A stretch of 64,000 nt of DNA from positions 49,352,001 through 49,416,000 of the forward strand of contig OZ024750.1 of the NCBI GenBank assembly GCA_964016885.1. The letters run 5' to 3'. Position numbers and translations under genes: made by a program. The number at the start of each line of letters is the position of its first letter. Position 1 is the stretch's first letter. The notes below the pieces were generated by a model, which was not told the origin of the DNA, made no database searches, and saw only the letters and a program-made list of their open reading frames with translations. Below are positions 25,685 through 39,837 of this stretch, one piece after another. Origin of the DNA: Eledone cirrhosa (taxonomy: Eukaryota).

Positions 25685-26431
25685 CATTATGAAGAGAGAA
25701 GAAACATTTAGATATAATTGGTAATAAAATGCATCATACCTAAACTGCACTTAGATTCCTCGACTACGTAGTTTCGTGGCATAAACAAAAACAATACATC
25801 TTAAAGATATAGTCCTTTCGAGGTCTGCCGACTTATCAAGAGGATACCTCATTTTACTAGCTTTAAGAACGCGTCTACACGACGTGTTGAAAGAATCCCA
25901 AAAGGCGGAGGGGGAGATAGTCACGCGATATAACGGTCGAGAAACAGAGCTAAGCCTCTTATAACCCCGAAGAAAATACCACGGAGGCGGAGGGTGTATT
26001 TATATCGAAGCCGTAGAAGAGGTGGTGAAGGGGGAGAGAAGTATGAGTAATGGCAGCTTTCCAGCAGTCACCACACTTCAAAGATTACTCGACCAGAGGG
26101 AGTTATAAACAATATATTTAGAAACACACAGATACATGCGGACACACACATATACATGAATGCATCCACACCCAACCGTGAGTTAATGGTGCCAACCTTA
26201 CCGATGTTGCTCAATGAATAACTGGGACAGACCAATCCAGTTGAACTAGACTGAACCAGTATCAGAGTTAAAAATACATTATGAAGAGAGAAGAAACATT
26301 TAGATATAATTGGTAATAAAATGTATCATACCTAAACTGCTCCTAGATTCCTCGACTACGTAGTTTCGTGGCATAAACAAAAACAATACATCATAAAGAT
26401 ATAGAGTCCTTGCGAGGTCTGCCGACTTATC

Positions 26432-26432
<1 letters not shown>
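25685..26432 (-). mobile_element. Non-autonomous PLE-like element with direct pseudo-LTRs (25685-25838 / 26277-26432)
   Basis: About 155 bp direct repeats, period 592. Minus strand cctc-TTGATAA-gtcggca...tgccac-GAAA-ctacgtag-TC-gagg is HHR-like with palindromic stem III; (TA)n on both sides. Confidence 0.75.
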
Positions 26433-26462
<30 letters not shown>

Positions 26463-26510
26463 ACAAACAAAGAGGAGGCTGGACTGGTGTAAATCCTTGA
26501 AAGGTTTATT

Positions 26511-26568
26511 ATACTATGATCGTTTCAATGACCGGGTTCCATATGAATCCGGTGATATCATCAGGTAT
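26511..26568 (-). ncRNA. Type I hammerhead ribozyme in Neptune-like pseudo-LTR
   Basis: atac-CTGATGA-tatcaccggattcatatggaacccggtcatt-GAAA-cgatc-ATA-gtat. Confidence 0.72.
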
Positions 26569-27886
26569 TGGAATATAACAAAGGAATATGTAAAGAACCA
26601 TGGGTCCGAAAAATCAGTGACAGAGACAAAGAGAACGACTGACCAACTAGCTGCCTTCAACTAGGCCAGTCGCCCTCAAGGTGATGGCAACTGAATCTAC
26701 TAATGTCCATCTGGAGAGGGGCGAAGGCTTATAATGCACTACCACCTCTCCGTCAAAATGAAAGGAAGAAAGAAAAAAAAGGAGGAAAGAAGTCACGCCG
26801 ACTTCTCTCTTTATTTGGGTATTTATTTTGTAGCATTTTAGAGAATGTTATGACAAACAAAAGATAATGGTCAAGAGAAATGGGATGGGGGGAATTGTTC
26901 TGGTTCTGTGAATATGGCAGGTTGTTTTTTTTTCATATATGAGTGAGGTTTGGTTGGTTGATGCAGTCACGGGAATAAGCACATCAGCTTTCGCGTCAGT
27001 TTGTTTGAATTTCCTTGAATTTCTTTTTACTAATAAAGTGGCTCAAGAAGACTTTTTTTAATAAACGTTATTTGATTGGTTATAAATGAAATTATGACTG
27101 TCACGTGAACAAGTTCCTTAAATATCGCGCTCGTATCTGGGAATTTATTTTGTAGCTTTTTAGAGAATGGTATGACAAACAAAAGATAATGGTCAAGAGA
27201 AATAGGATGGGAGAATTGTTTTGGTTCAGTGAATAAGGTTGGTTCGCTGGGGTGTCAGAATTCAGACTTTCTATTGAAATAAAGAAAGTAGAGATATGTA
27301 TGTTTAGTTGTGTGCTAGCGTCTGTTTGTATGTGTGTGGGTGTGTATGTGTATAGGAATATGATTCTATTAGTTGAAATGGAGGAGGGAGTTGTGTGGGT
27401 GTATGGGTGTTACATGCGTGTGTGTGTGGGAGTATGTTAAGATGGAGAGAATATATATATTGTGTGTATGTGTGTAGGAAAGTGATTCAGTTAGTAGAAA
27501 TGGGGGAGGGAGTTGTGTGTGTGGGGGTCATGTGTGTGTGTATGGGTGTTATGTGTGTGTGGGAGTATGGTTAGCATGTTAATATTAACAGAATATATAT
27601 ATTGTGTGTGTGTGTGTGTGTGTGTGTTTAGGAAAATGTTTCCGTTAGTGGAAATATTTTTGAATGAACATATTTTCCTTACTTATTCGTATTTCTTCTG
27701 TTGTAGTGTCAGCGTAAACGTATGTTAAGGTTTATTTAGTTCGGGTTTTTATTTTCTAAAGTAGCAGGTGTTATGTGTGTGTGTAAGTGTATGTTTGGAT
27801 GGTTAACATGTTAAGGTGTTGACATAATGTATATTAAACCATATTTAATGCTGGTCTATATTTTTGAATAAACATATTTTCCTTAT

Positions 27887-28921
27887 TTATTCGTATCGTA
27901 TATGTTCTGTTGCATTGTCAGCGCAAAGGTAAAATGGGAAGACTTGGAATTTGGGTGTGCATATCTCTAGATGTGTGCTTAGTGGTATCTGTCTCGTGGG
28001 TGGATCTCGTAATTGTTGGCGATGAACTGTCATTCTGTTTCTGAGTGCGAGAATAGTTTGTCCTATATAATCTTCATTGCATCCTTTACATTTAATGGCA
28101 TAAAGTAGATTATATGATGAGCAAGTGAAGTGATTTTTTGCAGCAACATTGTGTCCTGATTGAAATGTATACATGTTGCCTTCAATGAGGTGAGAGCAGG
28201 TTCCACAATTAGAGCGACCACATTTTTTGATACTTGGTTGTGGGTTTGTGGTAGGTAATTTGGCATTGGTGAGTAATGTTTTCAGTGATTTCGGTTGTCT
28301 TTTGCTTTTGATTATTTTGTGTGTTTCAGGGGCTTTTTTCATTCTTGGGTCTTGTTTTAATAGTGGGATGTTCTTGTGAATAGTATTGTAAGCTTCCGCA
28401 TTTCTTGGGTTGTGTGTTGAGATATATGATAGAATATTGGAAGTACCTTGAATTTGTTTCTGATTTCGTACTTCATGAATGCCTATTGCTTTAGCTCTTT
28501 CTATTCCATTATTTATTAGTAATGGTGGGTACTTTCTTTCGAGTAGAATTTCCTTTAATTCTTGAAGTCTTTTATTTCGCGTTTCATAATTGGAGACTAT
28601 TATGCAAATTCTTCTTGCTAGGTTAAAAGTAATGTTCGTCTCCGTTTGCGTTGGATGGTTGGAGGTGAATAGCAGGTATTGTTTGGAATCTGTTGGTTTG
28701 TAGTGTATGTCAGTTTCAATATTTGTGTCTTTTTTTAAGATGAAGATGTCCAGAAATGGGAGTTGATCTTGGATGTATTCCATTGTGAATTGGATGTGGT
28801 TATTGATGCCGTTAATTAAATTTTTGAAATCATTCCGTTGGTCGAGTGTGTGGGACCAAAGAATGAGACAATCATCCATGTAGCGTTTCCAATTCTCTGG
28901 TAAATATTTATGGATATTCAA
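27887..28921 (-). pseudogene. PLE RT thumb, Cys-rich linker and GIY-YIG endonuclease (longest open piece, 344 aa)
   Basis: WKRYMDDC, LPFLDI, HYKPTDSKQYL, CGRSNCGTC, FTCSSYNLLYAIKCKGCNEDYIGQT, RNRMTVHR. Confidence 0.92.
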
Positions 28922-30130
28922 TCCGTATTTTGATTTGGACTGTTATTATATCTGGACTTCTAAGTATGTCATGACTAAGTTGGCATAAGTTGAAGCGGCT
29001 TTTGTACGCATCGCAGTCCCCGATATTTGCTTGTAGGTACGGCCATCGAAATCAAAAAGGTTTTTCTGTAAGATACATTTTCATGAAGCTTTTTTCTATT
29101 CTGCCTGGTATCTCATTGGGATATTTCTCTAGCCAGAATCCTATTGCTTCTAGTCCGTATTGGTGTGGCATCGTTGTGTAGAGATTCACTACATCGAAAT
29201 ACACAATAATAGTGTCGTTGTTGACATGTTGGGGAGGTGGTTTAAGAGGTCCAGATCGTCTCTTACAAGGTCTGGTATGTGTTTGAGAATTGGTTTTTGT
29301 AGTATGTCTATAAAGTTGCTCAGTCTGTGTGTTTCACATTGTGGGCCCGCTACAATTGGTCTTAATTCAAGGTCTGTGGGCATTGTGTATTCACGCAGAC
29401 TGAGGTGGATTGTTTACAGGCATCGTTAATTATGTTACACTTGTGGATCTTCGGAAGTCCGTAAAGGTTGCTGGTTTTGGATTCAAAATGTGTTAAATAA
29501 TCACGTTCCTTTTTAGTTAAGTTTTCCTGGTATCGACAAATCAGTGTGTTTAATCTGGTCATTCTTTTTGATTGCTGGTTGTTGTTTTACTCTTTCATAG
29601 TAATTAGTATTTTGTAAGACAGAGAACATAGCATGTTTATATTTTTCAGCCTCCATAATGACAACAGTACTTCCCTTGTCCGCTTCCTTAATTATAATGT
29701 CCGTATTGTTTTTTAGTTCATGGATAATCTCCCTTTCCCTTCGACTCGTGTTGGGTTTCGGTTTAGGTTGCGGTAGTTCATGGTATGGGAAAATAGTTAT
29801 GTAGTCACAAAATTTGTCCAGAACTCTATTTCTACCTTTTGTTGGGTTGTAGCTGCTTTTATTCCGTACAAATGATTGGCCGTTATTCTCCTTGTCAAAG
29901 AATTTTTTCGTGAGACGTAATTTTCTACAGAAGTGTGAGCTATCGTCATTTATCTCGTTGAGGTTAGAGTATTGTGGTGTTGGTATGAACTTCAGTCCTT
30001 TGGAGAGAATTTTAACTAGTTGGGCTGAGAGGTTTGTATTTGAAAGGTTAATTATGTTCGGTTTTTCAAAATCGGTGTGTATCATCGGGTGTCGTGTGTC
30101 CTACACACACACAGACACATATACATATGA

Positions 30131-30178
<48 letters not shown>

Positions 30179-30179
<1 letters not shown>

Positions 30180-32230
30180 ATGAAATATAAGAATCAAAGA
30201 ACTGTTCAAAACATTTTTGTGCTTACAACTGTTTCCTCCAAACCGAGGTTTGGATTCTTCGGAGCAATTTATTAATGAATGGACAGTTATATGACCCCCT
30301 TTTCACCCAAGAGACATACAGAGATATAATTCGCACATCCACTCGTTCAAAAAGCACAGCCTAGCCAACTCCACCTCACTATCTAGCTACATACACTATC
30401 TAAAAACTAAAAATAAACCATACACACTCAAATGGGAAGTGATAGGCAGCGCGACTTCGTACGAGCCACCTAATACATTTTGTAACCTCTGTATACTAGA
30501 GACCCACAATATTATCTTCTCTAACCGTAACCTACTTAACAAAAAATCGGAGGTGTTCGCAACTTGCCAACACCGCTTCAGACATTCCTTCCAAAACTTT
30601 AAGCCCAATATATAGCAATGTCGGTATTGAACCAAACACCACATCTAGCATCAAACACCAGGGGCACACCTTACACCACATACCCAACACTAACTGATCT
30701 AATATAACACAAACAACGACATCCCTCTGGAACCCTTCGCAGCGAGAATCCCCATTTATACCTCTACGTTAGGCCTGACAACATCCACCCACTTGAACTG
30801 CACTACACCGCTCTATAGGTAATTTAAGCATGAATTGATTGGCTTGGTAGTGTTGTGCGGAGGAAGTGCCCTCCTTGGACGGATGAAAAACGATTTAATC
30901 TAGTAACGCTGTTGAGCAGTAGGACCAGGACGCTGAGTGCAGAGAATGAATGTATTGCAACTGGCGTGCGGGTTGTACATATATGGATGATTTGATGGTC
31001 AGAGTGGGGTCATGAGGACTGCGGATTGACCTCTGGTCGGCCCTGGTGATGATTATCTTTCGACATCCAATGTAGCAAGCGATGACCCAGAACTCACCAG
31101 AGATCATTGTGTGTTGAAGTGATTCTGAAATCACCGCGCCTGGTCCTATGAGTAGACTACAACCACAGAGATCATTAATTTAGAATCCTCGCTCATCATC
31201 TATAATATTCATTTGTGGCACCCTACGATGGGGGTTAATCCACCATAATAATACGAACACCTTCAGCACAACTTAATAGACTACTCTATAGTTAAAACAC
31301 TTTATGCTTTAGACATTTTTTGGAAGCTGCGCATAACCATAGAAATTAGGGTCTATATTGAGACACATTTCAATAGCTAGGAATAGAAACCTCGGAGTTA
31401 CCTCCCCTCATGCATTAACTCCCCTTAGCCACACACACACTTCCGGGTAGTATTCAATGTCGATTCTCGAAAAGTAACAGCCTCCTGTATTGAACTAAAG
31501 AACATCAGACTACGATTCTCTAACTGGATTGTCAAACGCTCAATATCGAATTGTCGTGGATTATGTGAGGGGGCATATAATCTGAAAAATACAGTCCAAT
31601 GCCCATAAAAATGTCGAAGTACATGAAGTCCATATGATCCCTTCGCGGTGCATTTCCAATACTTTTAATATTTTTAATGCTTGCACTATTTTTAATGCTT
31701 ATATCATTTCTCCACACACAGACTATAACAATCATATAAAGAATTTGCCACCAGATCAACCAACCTAACACTCTTGTTTACCTAACTAAGTTCTTCTACT
31801 ACACGTAACTCTCTGCCACACTATATGAACAAGACGCACGTGCTTGCCACACATATAACATTTGCACTATATAACCGCTTATTTTCATGTTGTATTTTAA
31901 CCTGTATTTTTGATTTTTGATTGTACCTTTTAATATGAATGTAATCTCTAAGTGTGTATTGCCACTCTAAATGCTGTAATGAATGTTGACCCACAGTATT
32001 TGCATATGTATCTGTATGTCTCTTGGGTGAAAAGGAGGTCATATAACTGTCCATTCATTAATAAATTGCTCCGAAGAATCCAAACCTCGGTTTGGAGGAA
32101 ACAGTTGTAAGCAGAAAAATGTTTTGAACAGTTCTTTGATTCTTATATTTCATATAACTGCTCTGTAACTCATCTGATACTTTTACATTGAGCTACTTAA
32201 CTTACTGGTAATAAGGTAGTAATATATTAC
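30179..32230 (+). mobile_element. 5'-truncated Naiad-like PLE with inverted pseudo-LTR (30179-30325 / 32007-32154)
   Basis: About 30350-30615 reads STSLSSYIHYLK..LKWEVIGSATSYEPPNTFCNLCILETHNII..LLNKKSEVFATCQHR (GIY-YIG C-terminus). About 147 bp terminal inverted repeats each carry an HHR. Confidence 0.88.
32066..32113 (+). ncRNA. Hammerhead ribozyme, CCGAAGA core variant
   Basis: tgct-CCGAAGA-atccaaacc-tc-ggtttggag-GAAA-cagtt-GTA-agca; same motif in the mirror arm at about 30221-30268. Confidence 0.7.
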
Positions 32231-32318
32231 TGCCTACCACTATTTAGGGTTTGTATTAAAAAATACATATAACTGCAAAATGTTTTTGTATTTACATAAC
32301 CATAAATAGTATAATTAA

Positions 32319-32354
<36 letters not shown>

Positions 32355-32875
32355 TTATATACCCACCTACATACATAATCCTGTGTGTGTGACCATGTTT
32401 GCGCATGAGTGTTTCTCTCTTATTTGTATATATAACAAATTCATGTACACACGAGTGTACACTAAGACGATGTGAGCATATCACTATCGATGCATCATCT
32501 GTATATCAGAATATGGTTACATCGATCCATCTATTTGAATATTATCTATGATTAAATTATGAAGTATTATCGATTATTTAATATAATTTTATTGATTGAC
32601 TTGATTTGTCTAGTGAAGTCTCGTCTTATGAAGGATAGACATATATGTATATTTGCGCATTATATAGCGGTAATATATATCTTGAGGTTTGTAAAAGAAT
32701 TGCGTTAACTTATATGAACACTAAATATTGCCGTACGGAATTTTACACACATACACACAAGTGTATATTAATATGTATTTGATATGTGTATATGTATAAT
32801 AATGCATATTCTAGGATATAAGTACAGCCGTAAGATCGTCGGACTACACGCTCGTGTGTGTGTGTGGTCGACCAT

Positions 32876-33180
<305 letters not shown>

Positions 33181-33605
33181 AAATGTATATGTTCCTGCAT
33201 GTAATTAAAACACATAGGGACATAAATATAGTCCGACCGTATGCTAGTGTGGTTCAATGGCAGGCTAATAAATTAACAAGCCAGAACATATAAAATCAGG
33301 GAGTGTCCACCTTGCTCTCTGTCTTTGCACACGGTACTAGACAAAATTGTTTCATCATTCATTAATTCTCATTCTGAGGCAACTTTGTTTGGCGCCAGTT
33401 TGTAATTTGAACTCAGCAATTTTATATTCTCTGAGAGAGAAATCCTTCTGACAATGATCTCTTTCTCAATGTAAATCCGCTTGGATTATCTATTTGTTTG
33501 GGAACTGAAACCGCGGTAAGGGCAAATTTAGTAAGTACAGTGAATTTTTTGGAATCTTTATTTTTTATGTATTTTTTAATATATCTTCTGTGTTTACACT
33601 TCCTG

Positions 33606-34180
<575 letters not shown>

Positions 34181-34349
34181 ACATTAGAGAAAATAGAGAT
34201 AAAAAGTATATCCACATATAGAAAAGACGCATTGACTTTTGCCATCTTCGTATCTGCTTTCTCATAATAATGTATATAGTGAAGGCGTTCAGTAGGCTAC
34301 CTGCAGGAAGTTTGAAACAGAATTTGGCAAGCCACCGGCCGCTACGTAG

Positions 34350-34620
34350 ACATGTTGACCATTGTAAAACAAAGCAACTTGAGATGGTATGGGGACGTTA
34401 CAAGATCTTCAGGGCCTGCAATGAATGTACTCTAAGGACGAGTACAATGAGAGCTGAAGAGAGTCAAACATGGAAAGAGATGGGAGGATAACATCCCGGA
34501 ATTGACAGTCATGAAACTGGGTGCAACCATGAGGGAGGCGGAGAAATGAGAGGAATGGAAGGAGCTGGTTGGGAGGTCATCAGGAATGGAAAACTAGTGG
34601 ACCATTGGGGCGCCACAGAT
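34350..34620 (+). mobile_element. RTE LINE 3' fragment
   Basis: LRWYGDV, gagatgggaggataacatcccggaat, gaggaatgga; homologous to 44700-44940. Confidence 0.7.
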
Positions 34621-34936
34621 GACCTTCAAATATATATATATGATAATGGCTGCATCCTCGTTATCATATATGGCCATTGCACGGTATCCAATTATTAATA
34701 TTTATTAATTATAACGTGCAATGCCTGTACGTGAAGTTATTTTTTAAAGTGAGGAGAGACTGTGCACTGAGCCAATCCCACTCTCTGAGTGACAGTAGCT
34801 ATAATCCGAAAAGAAGAAAATACCAACAGCATCGGTAACTACTGAGCTGCAGGTTTTATGTCGGAGTTATACCAGTTTACTGAGTTGCCTCCTCCTAGAA
34901 GAATGCACTGACAAAGTATAGGTGTCCTTCACTCCC

Positions 34937-34967
<31 letters not shown>

Positions 34968-34974
34968 TAGATAG

Positions 34975-35026
<52 letters not shown>

Positions 35027-35225
35027 GTGTGTGTGTGTGCGTGTGTATTTATGTGTGTGGGTGTATGTGGGCGCGTGTGTACGTATACGTGTTTGTGTAT
35101 ATATGTATATATATATGTATATGTATATGGGATTTGCACCGAGAGGCACAGGTTGCCCATAGATATACATACCCACACACAGGCGCACACATACATACCC
35201 CCCCCCCCCCATATATATATATATA

Positions 35226-35581
35226 ACGAATTTCAGTGTCAAAGGACACTGAAATTCGTTTGTTTAATTTCATATGATTCCAGTTCCTCAGTGAAATAAC
35301 AACCCAACCAGGAACTGGGCATATCAGAGTATTGACAAAGTTAAACACCTCAACAACATGTGTACTCGTCTCTACCACGCTAATTCGGACTGCCTGAAGA
35401 GGTCACAGCCAAAGATGGCGGTCAGCGAAATATATATAGCAGTAATAAACGAAGCCAAATTTTAAACATTTAACTTATTTATTTTATTTTACATTACTCC
35501 GGAGTAACCAAACCAACTTGCGCACTTCGTTGAGTACTCCATTCTTCATACTGGGGTGTTGGTATACAACCAACATATACT

Positions 35582-35585
<4 letters not shown>
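35226..35585 (+). mobile_element. Solo PLE pseudo-LTR with 5' terminal hairpin (35226-35261) and HHR
   Basis: aacgaatttcagtgtc-aaag-gacactgaaattcgtt immediately after (TA)n; HHR at 35389; ends in (TA)n. Confidence 0.7.
35389..35443 (+). ncRNA. Type I hammerhead ribozyme
   Basis: actgc-CTGAAGA-ggtcacagccaaagatggcggtcagc-GAAA-tatat-ATA-gcagt; perfect 5 bp stem I. Confidence 0.75.
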
Positions 35586-35648
<63 letters not shown>

Positions 35649-38194
35649 TATACGCGTGTATATGCATGTTTATATATATGTATCTAGTGTGTATGTGTTT
35701 TGTGTGTGCGTGTGTTAGTATGAGTCCATAAAATATGAAAGAAGACAAACGCAATCTCAACTTCAGTTCACAAAAATAATTGCTATATTATTTCTAGGCA
35801 ATATTCTATACGTCATATTTCCAACATTTTACAGACCAGAAAAACCAGAGAATCTTAATTGTCATAGTTTTCTCTGACAATAAATATTGAAAACCTTACA
35901 AATTTCACTTCATAACGTGCTGTCACTCATCGTTTTGGAAATGCCATACATATTGTCATGCCCATGACTCCGATACCGACCGTTCTTTTGCATTCATTTG
36001 GCTTCTTTAATTATTTACTTGAGTCACACATATGTGTACACCATTCAGTGTAAATTATCCTACATTTACTTAGTAGAGGCCTATATTAAAGCACATACAA
36101 TATGTTTCAGTATATAAAAGACACATTTTTGCTATGGTTATTTTAAGCTAGGATATTGTATATTTATTATAAATAAACATATTGCCCCTTGTTTCGAATA
36201 TGCCTCTAATGTGAATCACGCTATTCTAGTGCTACTCTTTTACTCTTCTAATCTTTTACCTGTTGCAGCCATCCGGCTGAGACCATGCTGGAGCACCTAA
36301 TTTGTTTAGTGGATCTTTTCATACTGTTTCGAAAAATGTTGCGAAATTCGATGAAAGCTATAATACCTTATATAGTTGCTCATGCTATTAACATTTATCC
36401 GAATTTCTTTCTTATATTTGGTGAAATAATTCAAATAATATTTTCTGCATTTTCTCAAATAATTATAACATTTACGGATGTTTCCCCTCCCTATGTAATG
36501 ATATCTGTATAGCTTTTTTTTATATTATTCGTACATCTTGGTTATTTATTCTTGAACATATTGAATATGTCTATTTATATAATCCATTTAGGTTAATCTT
36601 GAAAAATGTTAGCATCAGTTTTGAATATATAATCTGTTGAACGTTTTCCGTGTTTTTTTTTTATGGTGTGAAAACGAGATAAAATTGTGAAGAGCCCTCG
36701 CATGGTTCTTTTTCTTGACGATACAAAAAATATTTTTTTCAATATGAAATGAATTCCTCACAATGCAGGTAAATATAGTAATAATCGAGCAATATAAATA
36801 ATAGGTGAATAATTTATTTAAACTATTCCTAGAGACGAAAAATACTGGTCAGAATTGTTCAGCTATTTATCATAGTGAACGACAAAGAATATAGACACCT
36901 GTGTAGTGACGACTTCATTTCAAAAATACTTTAGACTGACACAGTTTTGTTGAGTAATGGTTATGCAATTGCCTTTTTGTTATTTTATGAAATTCTACAA
37001 TTAGTAGAGCTCTGAAAAATATAGAAGAATTCGAATAAGATGAATTATATCTAACTACTCAGTAAATGATAAGTAAAATATGAGGAATATGAATAAGGAT
37101 AACCGTTACAGGTGTAAAAATTTGAAGCAACTCCAATCAAGTTTCTATTCTTTTTCAATATGAATTTTGCTACGATTTCTTTGCGAAAATATGCTACGCA
37201 ATACGTTTACCTTACTTTACCTGTACTTATGTTTGAGTGTTTAAGTGTTTTTGTTGTTTTGGAATTATGATGACACGTCAGCAAATTTAGTGAACACGTA
37301 TTGTATGGGAAAAACCGGTAACATTATTTTCTTTATAAAACTGCATTTTTATAATTCCTGAATTTTTATGATTTCCGTTTTCTATATATAAATATGTATT
37401 TGTTAATAGGTACATATTTAATCGCTATTATATTGCTATGGAAATCGGAATTTGAAATCGCGAGATATACAAAAGTAATAATTATATTTGAATGAAAATG
37501 CAATGCGAAAGTAGAAATGTAGTTTATTTCTATAAGAGTTGAGAAATATGAAGTTATCACATTTAAGATGAGCTATCATCATTCAACATTAACAAGTTGC
37601 CTTTCGATCAACATCACTACTTATATTACAAGTTTCTTTCCTGCCATTGCAAATACTGGTTTGTCAGATGTCATGATTGATGGTCTCTGTAGATTAGAAA
37701 TGTTTTCTTCTCTATATATTCCTTTTCTTAGAATTGTATTCTCTCTCCAGAGTTGAAGGTTTATGTATATGACTCTGTATATGAGGTTGTGTTCGTTTGC
37801 GTGTGTATGTTTGTGTGGGTGTGTGTGGGTGTGTGTGTATATGCATGTGTGTGTATGTATGTGTGTGTGTGCGTACTTCATTTTTCTCTTGTATCAACAC
37901 CTTTCGATCTATTTTGCCTTTATTTGTAGAATAAATTGACTGCAGTATTGGTAGTAAAGTTTTACAACGCAATAACAAAGATCAACATTGAATACAAATA
38001 CTTATATATTCAATAATATTTTTCCTATGAGATTCAGCTATATTCTGTACCGCAGTTTGACTCCTAAACATTATTTGTTCATAGAATTATTGGATGCCAT
38101 ACTTTTTCTTCCATATCTCTTAATTTATAAAAGAAGTCATAGGAATTGCTTCTTACAAATACATTAAACCATTCTTTCCAGCAGACTTAGAGAA

Positions 38195-38825
38195 GTGCGG
38201 CTGGCTGAGTGTTCCAGAGATATGTCTATGTTTGGCATAGATCTCAAGGATATTCAGTTTAACAAATTGTGGAGCAAGTCTGGCTGAGTGTCCCAGAGAT
38301 ACGTCTATGTTTGGGATAGATCTCAGGGAGATTCAGTTTAACAAACTTTGTAAAAGGGTGGCTGAGTGTTTCAAAGATACGTCTATCTTTGGCGTAGGTC
38401 ACAGGGAGATTCAGTTTAACTAATAGTGTAACAAGGCTGGCTGAGTGTTCCAGAGATACGTCTATCTTTGGCGTAAGTCTCAGGGAGATTCAGTTTAACA
38501 AATTGTGGTGCAAGTCTGGCTGAGTGTTCCAGAGATACGTCTATGTTTAGGATAGATCTCAGGGAGATTCAGTTTAACAAATTTTGTAAAAGGGTGGCTG
38601 AGTGTTTCAAAGATACGTCTACCTTTGGCGTAGGTCAAAGGGAGATTCAGTTTAACTAATAGTGTAACAAGGCTGGCTGAGTGTTCCAGAGATACGTCTA
38701 TCTTTGGCGTAAGTCTCAGGGAGATTCAGTTTAACAAATTGTGGAACAAGGCTGGCTAAGTGTTCCAGAGATATTTGTCGTAGATCTCAGGGAGATTCAG
38801 ACTGATAAATCGTGTAATAAAGCGT
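38195..38825. repeat. Minisatellite, 8 units of 78-79 bp with a 236 bp 3-mer higher-order repeat
   Basis: ggctgagt starts at 38203, 38282, 38360, 38439, 38518, 38596, 38675, 38754. Followed by SINE-B sequence ggagcaacgtgaaataaa at about 38870. Confidence 0.92.
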
Positions 38826-39780
38826 GTATCATAATTGCAACCTATTTTTATCAGTTCCTATGCCTGGCTGGAGCAACGTGAAATAAATTGCTTTGCTCTC
38901 CGACAGAAGCGCTGTCGATAGTCCTATTTACAAGCGTAAGGCCCTGACCCAAACTTCCTAAACACAAACCACAGATTCACAGGGTGAGCTGAAACCATAA
39001 CAACCATACAATCTTTTGCAAGTGTACATATCATCACAGAGGTATAAAATAGATCCTATACTATCCTGCAACTGGAAACAGTTGCAGTGGGTCAACGTTT
39101 TTTAATTAAACGCATTAATTATTCGTTCATTTAAAGGTAATATTTATACATAATTACGAATCTCTGTCACTGGACGTTTCCAGCTGTTTTCGATTTACAC
39201 ATGCATTTGATTGATTGTCATCGGTGCGCACCCTTTAACCTTTAACGCACTTGACCTTTGTGGTAGGTGATACAGAGTGTCATGCCACAATGAAGTAATA
39301 ATTATTTACATATAGTCAAATATTCATAGAAAACTATAATGCAATTACTACTGCATAACGCCTCGAGATGAGCACAAATATGTATTAAGTGACAAATTAG
39401 ATAATAATTATCTGTCACGTACATAATGATTAATAAATATCCAATATATCATCCAGTTGTTCATATAATACGCAATATCATCCCCCCCCCCCTACGTTGT
39501 TAATGGTTGGTTAACTCAATTCACCTTCAACCAGCAACAGTTTTCCCGTCAGTAGCGTCATGGAGGAAATGTTAATTTGTAAAGGCCTAATAGATATTAT
39601 GAATGTGTTATAGTATTTAATTATATGTAATTTGACTTTCTCACGCACACTCAATCACGCAATACGTACACACAATATATTTGGTCGTGCATATGCACGT
39701 AGAGGTTATATAGATCTGTAATCATATGTATAAACATAAACATATATATATATATATATAAGATATATATATATAAACGG

Positions 39781-39837
<57 letters not shown>

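Larger units (their letters stand above)
26456..30110 (-). mobile_element. Near full-length Penelope-like element (Neptune-like), frameshifted
   Basis: ORFs 29513-30085 (IINLSN..LSKGLKFIPTP..IIKEADKGSTVVIM), 29362-29562 (LYGLPKIHK), 29189-29383 (LRPIVAG), GTAM motif near 29010, 27887-28921 (RYMDD and GIY-YIG). About 1.4 kb 3' UTR ending in an HHR; (TA)n flanks. Confidence 0.93.

Noticed and set aside
30962-31015. YMDDLMV, resembling an RT active site, inside the 30-32 kb element
   Set aside because: Bounded by stops within about 20 codons with no other RT motifs nearby; likely chance.
38195-38825. CRISPR-like array
   Set aside because: Units are similar along their whole length with no unique spacers; eukaryotic context; no cas genes.
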